Shown one piece after another: positions 34,471 through 44,304 of a DNA stretch of 64,000 nucleotides. Under the pieces are notes generated by a model that made no database searches, was not told where the DNA came from, and was given only the letters and a program-made list of their open reading frames with translations. The stretch spans positions 91,264,001-91,328,000 of the forward strand of contig CM060731.1 in the NCBI GenBank assembly GCA_030704615.1. Reading direction: 5' to 3'. A program made the position numbers and the translations under genes. This DNA is from Takakia lepidozioides. Its lineage: Eukaryota; Plantae; Bryophyta. Every line of letters begins with the position of its first letter. The first letter of the stretch is position 1.

Positions 34471-37400
34471 ATGGCTTCCTCTGAAGCAGAGTTCTTCTCT
34501 GACGACAAACCAGTGCCGTTCTCCTAGGAAGTCCTTGACAATGGATTTGCAATTGTTCTGGAACATGTCTTGGCTACCCGTTTTCAGCTGCAGAATGGCT
34601 CCATCTTTTTGGAGAAAGAGGTGTACGATCTTAAAGGGAAGTTGTTGAAATACTCTTTCCAAAACCGTGATGAGACGGCTCATATCAGCCAGTGGAGAGT
34701 GCGTCCTGGTCGATACAGAGTACTTGGAGAGCCTCGGCAAAAGTCCCTTGGGTCATATGTGACGCCCAGGACTGCTGCTTCGGTCGTTGAAGACAAGAGG
34801 GAGGTGGTGGTGAAAAAAGAACAGACGTCCTCCACTCCAATCGTTGAGCTTTCGGATTCTTCCGATGATGACATAAGTGAAATTCCAAATCCAGTCCTTC
34901 CTACTGTGGTTGGAGAAGCTGATGAAGAAGAGATTTGTAATGTCATTCCAAAATTGCGGGCGATGGGAGGAATGGCTGGATTCAAAAGTGAGTTGCGGGG
35001 AATTGATTGGGAATCTTTGAAGCAGGTGCCTCTGAAGTTCTTGCCGGAGACTTTTGATGGCGATATCCTATTCGAGCTGCCTCCTCCTCCTCCGCAAGTT
35101 GGAGGTGTAACAATCATGATGCATGGAATGGACAAGAAACACGATGGGCACCCGTTGTGCAGAACAAAAACATCCAATATTCAGAATGATGACAAGCTTG
35201 TTTTCAGGAGGACAGTTTGCAATGGACACCTTAGGTGTGATAATTTGAATTGCAGACATTTTCTTCAGTCTGGGGTTCATAATCAAAGCGAATGGGAGGG
35301 TCTGGCGGAAAATCCATTTCAGCCTGGGACTGCCCCTCCACCGGCAAACACTTTCGTCTGCAAATTCTGCAAACTTGTGTCATCCTGCTTGGCGCTCTGC
35401 GGAGCAAGAATGTACTATGTTGGAAAACAATGACAAGAGCTTGTGTGCATTTCGGATTCCATAACCATCCTGTCTCGAAGGGGGATTACAGGGAGAGTGT
35501 TGAGACAGTATCGAGGTTGATTAAACAGGAGTTCGGGAGAAACCCATCCGCAACAACATCTGCAATTGCTCTTGGCGCAAGCAAGTCCTTCTTGGAAAGC
35601 CATATTTTGAGTGAAGGGGATTCTGTGGGGACTAAACTTGACGGTGCAGCATTGGACCTGGTCATGGATCATTTCTCCACTTTAAGTTCACTGAACATTC
35701 GGCATCAGATCAATGCATTGAGAATGGGCTCTGGGATCAGAGGCTACATAGACAATATTTTGGAATTGAAACGAGTGAGCAAGTACGATTACATCCAGGA
35801 CAATGTATTCCCAGGTCAAGGTGCCATCAAAGTTTTTCTTTTCAAAATGTTGACTGTTGGGGAGGGCAGTGGGGTTAGCCTCGTGAAGCGGATGCAGAAG
35901 ACTGGGGACTTGCAGAACTGTTTTCTTATGTTTGATCATGTGAAACGAATGAAGGATTGGACAACAATGGCTTGTCATGTCTACGATCCAGTGTACCAAC
36001 GAGTTATGACAATTGCAGTTTGTGACATGCAATCCGAGGATACGGAATCCCAGAAGCTCATGTGGAATTCCCTGATACGTATCATGGGCTGCCATGGGCT
36101 GCCATCTCCAAATTTCGTAGGTTTCATGGCGGATAGTGCTCAAGCAAATTTCAATGCTGTTTGTATTGTCTTCGGATCGGGCGACCCAAAAGTTCCAATG
36201 CGAGGAAGAGAGCGTACATGTCTATTCCATTGGACACAATCTCTGGAAAAACATACAAAGTCGGACATCAAACCAGAGATGTAGACTCAGCACCGTAAAT
36301 TGTGCAAAGAGTACAAAGATGCTAGAACAATGAAGGAGGCGGACACTTTGTTCCAGACAATTCGTGCCTGGTGGTTCTCTTCTGGAGCTGCATCACTTGA
36401 GAGTATGAGAGCATTGGAAGATTGGCTGGCGTTTTGGCACTTCCGGTATAGACAGTGGGGAGCAGCCATGCCATTGGTACGAGGCTTATATTTATTGTTT
36501 TTTCATACATTTGCTTTCCATTTTATTGTGTCCTCGCTTTCTTTATGTTGTTTTCTGTTCACTGTTTTGAAGTGTGGTTCTGCACTTTGCAGAACATGTC
36601 CATTGAGGAAATGGTGGACATGCCATCTTGCAATTTGGCAGAAACTGTGCACAACGCATGGTTGCAGCAGTCTAGGAAACGAGGTCGGGATTTGTATGTG
36701 GCAACAACAGATGATTTGATACGTGTCTTGCAACAACAAACCCGATACCGTGATTTCTTACGAGGTGGGGTTGGTGGCAAGGGTCCGGACAAATGAGAGT
36801 TGATGTTGCGTGCTGCAAACAGATCTGGGGATCCAATCAAGATAGCACGGTGAGCATGTATGCCCAGGGAACGCCACTTGTTTCTAGAGTTCCACATCTT
36901 GAAGGGGAGGAGAGATTCGGCTCTTGTAAGAGGAAATTGAACACTCTACCTGGTTCGGATTCAGATTCCCACAGGGCAGACCGTGATAACTTCTCGAAGC
37001 CTCGTGTTCCCCTGCATGACAGCTCCATGTCCGGAACCTCCATTGTGGAGGAACCTCCAACACGACGGCAAGCTCCAGCATCAAACAGTGCCACTGAAAT
37101 GGTGCAAGAGAGAAACAACCCCCTTGATGTGCTTGAGTCCGCATGCCCCGACCACGTTTGGCACATAGAACGCACAAGTGTAGGGTCTCGTGTGAAATGT
37201 ACAGCGATCAGGGCAACTAATTTCGAGAAGTGCACTTCATCTATATCCAGAGGTGGTGCCCAAACTCCTGCTGCGACTTTCACGGGCTTGATGTGTCCAT
37301 ACGGTCAACCAGAAGCCAAGAACCACAAGTTCTGGTTCTGCACAGATGATTGTGCCAGATGTGTGCATGGAACTGTGCATCCTTCCGTAGTGATGAAGCC

Positions 37401-37975
37401 ATCTCCTCCAACCGTTTGGCCCGTGAAGGTGGGAACACATCTCAGCTTTCAGGAGATTGAAATGCTGGAGGAGACAGGTTTTTCCCTTGCGAGACAACCC
37501 CAACTCCATGCATGTGCTACTACTCCTGCGTCCTCCCGGGTCCCCCCGGCAAATCCTGACTTGTGGCCAACCAAACGAGATGGAAAGCTCGTTCGGCGTT
37601 TCCCTCCAACCGTTGAATACTTTGGCAAAGTGGAGTCCGCAAGAATGCTCCAAGCTCGTGTTGGAAGCACCACGGAAGTACCCGATCCAGGATATGGTCG
37701 GGTATTCACAATCATCACTTCTACATCTGCTGTTCATGACAGGACCTACGACATCACGGTTTCCAATTTCCCCAATTGCACATGTCCTGATTTTGTGAAT
37801 ATGCTATCAACCCAAAAAGGGCAAGAGAGGTAAATTCATACCCTGCAAACATTTGTATTTCATATTTTTGAAGAGGATGGTTTGCGATCCCAAACATGAC
37901 AACTTCATTCACCAGGCCACTATGAGTTTCAACGAGGTCGATACTCTTTTGCAGCGGGATACAACACATGGGTAG
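34471..37975 (+). pseudogene. GCM-like Zn finger + MULE DDE + Cys-rich domain + SWIM transposase; intron 36477-36592; stops and frameshifts
   Basis: KTSNIQND..RRTVCNGHLRC..C, CKFC..C, HFGFHNHP; FLMFDHVK, FMADSAQANFNAV, CLFHWTQSL, TCNLAE-like PSCNLAETVHN; NCTCPDF..PCKHLY. Confidence 0.85.
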
Positions 37976-38377
37976 CATCAACTATGCAATGTGGTATGTG
38001 GATGACCATGATTTGAAATGTGTAATTCACATCAATTCGTCGGCGGTGCAAGATATGGCCTCCAACTATACAGAGTGAGCTCTGAGTGACAACTTTTAGG
38101 TAGTGCACATTTGTCATTGCACCGTTCAAAGTCTACATGTCTTGCTGTCGCTATGCACTACAATCATCTTTTGAAGATGATCCTAACTCTCATTGTTATT
38201 TGAGGAGGGAGGAAGGTCTTCCCGTGGCAGCCTTTATGGCGCACACTTTGTGAGGATATTTTTTCGTCCTCGTAATTGTAAAAGTGAAACAAGCATTTGT
38301 AATTGCACAATGTTGGATGCTGCAATTGTAGGCCTCAACGCTCGTCTTGATTCTATTTAGGCAAGATTCCCTGCATT

Positions 38378-38616
38378 AATTCCACGGTCATAGGACCATC
38401 CACGGTTATAGGCGGCGCATGTTAATGCTGACGTGGCAGATGACGGACAGTGCCACATCATCATTTACCGCCACATCAGCATGCTGACATGACGCTCACG
38501 CCATGTCAGCGTGTGTGCAGGCTCACGCCACGTCAGCTGGCGTGAGCGTACGCTCACGCCACGTCACTCCTACGTGAGCGTATGCTCACGCGCAACGCTC
38601 ACGCCATTGCGTCGTT
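38378..38616 (+). repeat. Right terminus of M1 with repeated GCTCACG and GCCACGTCAGC motifs
   Basis: Homologous to 16958-17194; homology stops after ttgcgtcgtt(g). Confidence 0.8.
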
Positions 38617-40025
38617 GTTCGGGCTCGCCCGCATGGTGTTGGACGACAGAAGCTGTCTGGTTGTCCTGGCGAGCAGAGGCAAAAACACGCAGACAAGAAT
38701 TGCGAAGTGGACCTGCAAGAGCGCCGTCCCAATTCTGAAGAAGAAGTGGACGTGCATCAACACATTGGGCCTTCGGTCGGAAGGGAAGAAGGTAATTACG
38801 ACATTGGCACTTGTCCTTTCATTTTCTTAGGAGTTTTGAAATGCGGTGCCGCATTCAATTTCTAATCGTTCCCCACTGTGTATGCAGACGAAGCAGTTTG
38901 ATGCATACTGCTTTGTGAAGGAAAACTCCACCTTTGCTTTCCGGAAGGAGGGATTGTTGGTGGACCCGAACTGCGACCCCATCGATTACGACATCCTGTT
39001 CAACAACGTTCCCACGGAACTTCTCCCTCATAGCCTCACTTCAACTGAACCCCTGCGGTATTCACGCACTCGGAGCCCTGCCTTCATTCAGACAATTATG
39101 GAGACATGCATTGACGTGGAGGGCACAGTGCTCGACCTCATCTATGGGACAGGTATGCAGAATCTTGTTGTATGCTATTCTGCAAACTCTCGTTATGCTT
39201 TCATTCGCAACATCTGAAGGGCCATGTCATAATGTGTGGATGGCATTGTAACAGGTGCCTCAATGTGGGCTGGGCGGTTTTCCGACCGGCACCTCTTTGC
39301 CTACGAGGAGGACACATCCGTCTAGGGATCCCATCTGGAAGGGCTGCAGCGGAATGTGAAGGCTCCCATCGAAGCCCAGGACTCCTCGGATTCGTCGGAG
39401 TCGGAGAAAGAGATAGTGGACATTGATGCCGAGGAGAACCCGCAATACGAGTGAGTGCAAACATTGTAAGTTTGCAAAGCCTTCTGGGTGATTTTTTGTC
39501 AAACGCATTTCCGGACTCTGGTTCTCATTGGTCTCGTTGGTGATTGTTATGTGTAGGATTCCAGGATCCGGGTCGAAACATGTAGGGCCTACACTTCCTG
39601 CCAGGAAGAATGTCCCATTCTTTGCGAGGGCCAACTTCATGACGAGCCCGGTGAAGGACTACTCCCTTCCTAGTTATGCAGCTAAACTCGCAAATACAGC
39701 GATTAGACGATGTGAGAATCCCAGTAAAGTACAACAGATTTTGGAGAGGGCTAGGGAGGACAGAAGGATAAGGAAAGAGTTGGCAACAGCTGAGACAGGT
39801 AGACGGGTGCGAAAGTTCATATGTGATTCAGCGGATGAGAGCGATGCAGACAGGGAGGACGACGAGCCAACGGAGGTAAGATGGTCGGTTCCGCAAGGTG
39901 AAGATGGGACTTTCGAAAGCCTGGCCAACGAGCAATCCGCTGGAGAGGAGAAAGGCAACGACGGGGTGGAGGCGGAGCAGGACAGTCAAGGACAGGACGA
40001 CGATAGTGATGATTTTCAAGATTAA
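38617..40025 (+). pseudogene. DNA amino-methyltransferase-like gene copy A, 3' exons (5' part cut off by M1)
   Basis: FGLARMVLDD.., RTRSPAFIQTIMETC..VLDLIYGTG, ASMWAGRFSDRHLFAYE, DYSLPSYAAKLA; GT-AG introns at positions matching copy C. Confidence 0.78.
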
Positions 40026-40159
40026 TAGAATTTTAATGAACTCTCTGTACATTTAAATTCTATTCCAAAGTATATAAAGGAAATTCTCCCCGTCCTTCAT
40101 GTCCCCTCTCCCATTTGCCTCTCAACGACAACATCGTCCAAACCTGGTCCCTCCCAAAA

Positions 40160-41215
40160 TCTGAAATGCGGCACCGCATTTCAATGTCTGAACGGAAATG
40201 TGGCAACTGCAAAAACCTCGTTTGCAAATGCGGCACCGTATTTCCAAAACCGGGGCAAGAACAATTTTCCGTTTCATGGTTTGGACATCAGAAACTGTTT
40301 GGACAAACGGAAATGCGGTGCCGCATTTCCGTTTCCGACACGGCAATTTTGCCGATTGCCAGCTCCTTCCATGGAGGTAAATCGAAATGCGGAGGTCGAA
40401 CATGGAAATGCGGTGCCGCATTTACCTTTTGGAGATGGACATTTTTCCAACTGCAGACCCATCGACGTTCTTGGGCTCCCATTCCATGATGCTAGACGGG
40501 AATGCGGCACCGCATTCCATTGTGCAATAAGAAATTTCGATGACGTACATGGAAATGCGGCGCCGCATTTCCAAAACGGACATCGTTGTTTGCCCAATTC
40601 CAGACCCTTTGACGGAAATGCGGCACCGCATTCCATCGTCCTATAAAAACTTACATTGTCCTATAAAAACTTTCGATTGCCCAACATGAAAATGCAGCGC
40701 CGCATTTCAAAAACAGACATCGTTGTTTGTCCAATTCCAGACCCGTGTGGGCATTCCGTCTTGATGGACGGAAATGCGGCACCGCATTCCATTGTCCGAT
40801 TCGATATTTTGATGACAGACATGGAAATGCGGTGCCGCATTTCCAGAACTTCCATCGTTGTTTGTCCAATTCCAGACCCTTCGACGGAAATGCGGCACCG
40901 CATTCCATTGTGCTCTCCAGAAATGTTGTGCCGCATTTCATTGTCCGGTACGAAATTTCGATGACGGACATGGAAATGCAGTGGCGCATTTCAAGTATGG
41001 ACATGGACAAGCATTAGCGACTGGACATGCTTGGACAATTCAAGGTCCAATATGGAAATGCGGCGCCGCATTTCAAATTCGAAGTATGGTAATGCCATGT
41101 CAGGAAATGAAATGTTGTACAGCATTTCCGTTACGACGACAACGGAGGAAAGGGAGCTGCTAGAAATCGCTGCATGGAGAAAAATGAAATGCGGTGCCGA
41201 ATTTCCGAGCTTCGG
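40160..41215. repeat. Array of about 17 palindromes GGAAATGCGGYRCCGCATTTCC, partly in ~116-bp two-palindrome units
   Basis: Copies at about 40163, 40309, 40404, 40499, 40551, 40614, 40770, 40823, 40886, 41054, 41186 and others; isolated copies near 38838 and 42340. Confidence 0.92.
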
Positions 41216-41479
41216 CGTGTACATGTTTCCTACAACTCATAGATGGATTTTCTTCACCTCAGGACTCTGATATCGGACTCTGGTATAGTCATATGGACAG
41301 ACACATTGTTCAAATGAGACCTCAAATTGTAAACAGTGGGCCAATTACGGCAGTTCTTGAACACGATGAAACACAAGCACACAGAAGTGAGGTACGATGG
41401 GTTGTTTTATTGATCAAACACGGTATCTCAAATTTAGCAACTCCAGACAAATCCAAGCCCTTCTCCTTCTACATGGGCG

Positions 41480-42088
41480 TCACCAAGTCGACGGAACTTC
41501 AATAGCCCTCAAAACAAGCTCATTACTGATGCGGCACCTCGAGGTAAACTGCAATGCGGTCGATCTGGTGCCCTTGGTGGAGCTGACGACAATGTCATGC
41601 CCATCAATCATACCACCATCATACATTGACAAGGTCACTGTGGGCCTCCTGTGCCCGTGTGATTCGTCTTCGCAACTCAGCCGAATGTCTCCATACACTG
41701 GAAAAGCGGAGTGAACTCCACGAATATAGTTTTCCCCGGTGCCGTCCTCCCTGGTCCACTGGCAGCAGTTCCAGCACCAAAGTGAGGCCGTGCGTGATCT
41801 GTCCGGCATCCCATTCCACCTTGGTATATCGAGGTCAACAATTTTCAGGACCCAAGGACCGCATTGACCCTCGCCCTCACCTCGCTCAAAGCGGTAATAG
41901 CCCTCCAGATACTCCATTGCGCGCAAAGACTCCCGCTTGATTCCAGAAGCGTCTGTGAAAACAGAGAGCCAGACAATGATGTCTCCTGATTCTGGTTTGA
42001 ACATAGCATAATCGTGGCCATGATAAGGGCAGTCAGCAGGATTTTGGCGGCACGGCATCCCTGAAAAAGAGTAGCGGAGTACGCTCAA
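41480..42088 (-). CDS. Unknown ~200-aa intronless cargo protein, paralogue 1 (start codon uncertain)
   Basis: Open frame; aligns end to end with 42497-43177 (MPC..DCPY.G.DYAM, EYL.G.Y.FERG, WNCCQWT, YGDIR, DGGMI.G.DIVV, ELVLRA.EVP). Confidence 0.72.
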   Translation of the reverse strand: MSVLRYSFSGMPCRQNPADCPYHGHDYAMFKPESGDIIVWLSVFTDASGIKRESLRAMEYLEGYYRFERGEGEGQCGPWVLKIVDLDIPRWNGMPDRSRTASLWCWNCCQWTREDGTGENYIRGVHSAFPVYGDIRLSCEDESHGHRRPTVTLSMYDGGMIDGHDIVVSSTKGTRSTALQFTSRCRISNELVLRAIEVPSTW

Positions 42089-42496
42089 TGACAGCAGCTC
42101 CCGGATGGAGGAGGCAGCAGCGCGGTGGCTGGAAGAAATTCAAGCAAATGCTGCAATTCCTCACAAACACTCCAGGGCACATTTAAATTTCCCCCGACAG
42201 GAACCTGCACGGATGAAGATTAGCTACTCCATGAATGTAGCCGTTTCAGTTTCCTTCCCTGCCATGCAAACTATGGGCAGTAAGTGCCAGGTGGGCCTAT
42301 AGCCACTCGAGACGACGAAGTCCATCCCCCCTTTGATGTAAATGCGGCGCCGAATTTCCATCCGGGGGATGGACTTCGGTGGCAGATGTCAAACTATACC
42401 CCGTGGATGAGAAAGACGTATCGGTTCATCCACCGCTGGCGTGATGAACACGTTACATGATGATTGGTGGGTACTTGAGACCCAGATGCTCCATTA

Positions 42497-43177
42497 TTGG
42501 AGCCCGCACTGGTCTTCCGCTTCTCATCATTTCGAAAATCTACGGGCTTTGTTGCTGTCCGCAAGGTCATTGTCATCGGCATCAAAGACGTCCTTAGGTC
42601 CTCTTTTGCAAGGATGCCGTGCTTCCGGAACCGGGACGACTGCCCTTATGGAGGCATCGATTATGCAATGTATTCGGCCACATCGGGAGACATCGTTATC
42701 TGGTACATAGATTACACAGAAGATACTGGTTCGAATGTGGAAACATTGTCCGCTTTTGAGTATCTCCCAGGCCAGTACGCCTTCGAGCGGGGAGACGATC
42801 TTGGTCTGAGGAGTCCATGGCTCCTGTGCATCCTTGATTCCGATTTTCCCAGCTACGACGGGCACCCATGCAGAAGAATGCGCACTGCTATGCTGTTGCG
42901 GTGGAACTGCTGCCAGTGGACGTGGGTGGATTCCATCGGAGAGACTTATACTCCTGAAGGAGTGCGCTCATCTTCACCATTGTATGGGGACATTCGCATT
43001 GGTGTGGACGACGAAAACGTGAAGCTTTCCATATTCGATGGTGGTATGATTGAAGGGCAGGACATTGTGGTGAACATCAACAGGGGCGGTACAACGGCTG
43101 CAATCCAGTTTACCTGGAGGAGCCCAATGACTCATGAGCTAGTTCTCAGAGCAGTCGAAGTCCCATTGACAACGTGA
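42497..43177 (+). CDS. Unknown ~200-aa intronless cargo protein, paralogue 2 (start codon uncertain)
   Basis: Open frame, diverged paralogue of 41480-42088, head-to-head arrangement. Confidence 0.72.
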   Translation: MEPALVFRFSSFRKSTGFVAVRKVIVIGIKDVLRSSFARMPCFRNRDDCPYGGIDYAMYSATSGDIVIWYIDYTEDTGSNVETLSAFEYLPGQYAFERGDDLGLRSPWLLCILDSDFPSYDGHPCRRMRTAMLLRWNCCQWTWVDSIGETYTPEGVRSSSPLYGDIRIGVDDENVKLSIFDGGMIEGQDIVVNINRGGTTAAIQFTWRSPMTHELVLRAVEVPLTT

Positions 43178-43499
43178 CTTGTATTCAGAAGGCACATGGC
43201 TAAAGATTTGTTTGCACAATCAGCACAGTAGACGTGCTTCAAATGCAATTCATGTGGATCAATAAAAACCCCATTGTGCCCTCTTTTTGTTCTATTCTGT
43301 ATCCATCGTTCCCAAAATGCGTCATTCCTCATTTCGTTTGGGATTGGGAGTGTGGGTGGATTTTGCAAGTGGTTGGTAGGCTGAAATGGGCCCCCATTGT
43401 ACAGAGCAGTACCACCCTACCATTCGCGAAACATTGCCTTTCAATATGTAATTCTAAAAAACATTGCCGAACCTCCTTCATTGGGAGGTCCTTCTCCCC

Positions 43500-43642
43500 C
43501 TATGACCGTGACACCCTAAACCCTATTCCCGCGGACACTCATTTCCGGAAAATAGTCCTGCTCATGTTTTTTTTGACACTTACGACTCTGCTCATGGCTC
43601 ATGCCGCTCATGGCTCATGGCTCATGAAATAGCAGCCCCCCC
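43500..43642 (-). repeat. Element terminus of the GCTCATG subtype (end of the element carrying MTase copy A)
   Basis: Reverse complement gggggctgctatttcatgagc... matches 60534 onward; five tandem gctcatg motifs. Confidence 0.78.
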
Positions 43643-44304
43643 GGTTAACAAGGCAAACCAGTTTGCTGCTTGTGCCTCCATAAAGCCACAACACTTTTCA
43701 TAAAGGCCTGGTGTACCAAGCTTTGTCAAAAAATTCTACCATGATCAATCTTGTAACTAGATATCTTTATCACTGAAACCACGGGGCATTCACTGGAATG
43801 TTATCAACATACCAAGCCCCTGCATTGGAATGTGCCTACGTCGTGAGCAGGTGCACACTCACATTATCCAAAGCGGATCCCTGCAAAATCTTTTCTTCCT
43901 CACCACCCTTGCGAACATGCCAGGTATGTGCGAGAGCATCATGGATGCTCACCAGAATTGAGAATGCCTGAACGCTCTTTGATCACGTGGACTTTATCAT
44001 GATGGATTTACCAAGCATTCTTCTAGCAGGAATGGTTTGGAGACCAACGAGCAAATGATGCGAGAATGCTCTACCCAAACCAAAGACGTTTGTTTGTTTT
44101 TGCAATGCACACAAGCCTGTGAGCTCCGCAAAACACTAAATAGATTGAAGGAACAATCCGGGCAGTCCATGCAACCCCCTTCTCTAACGATAGTTTGTTC
44201 CCATGAATTTGCATCCCACGCACACATTACAAACATGACAACAAGGACACACAACCATCCCATTTCAAAATTGGCCCCGAATGAAAGCAAAAGAAAACTT
44301 CATA

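Larger units (their letters stand above)
33171..38616 (+). mobile_element. GCM-MULE element copy M1 (left part lost)
   Basis: Divergent partner-gene exon, transposase and terminal repeat in the same order as 51443-56300. Confidence 0.8.

Noticed and set aside
34471-37975. KDZ/Zisupton-type transposase (SWIM and Cys clusters)
   Set aside because: Core motifs FMAD...NFNAV..VF and C.FHW fit the MULE DDE domain with CxxH rather than KDZ.
40115-41270. Numerous short ORFs on both strands, likewise at 48213-51323, 10080-10436, 32756-33083 and 63449-63758
   Set aside because: Translations of palindromic or low-complexity repeats with no domain content.
43514-43525. Telomeric repeat (ccctaaaccct; similar single motifs near 14894 and 60614)
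   Set aside because: Single motifs within element termini, not arrays.
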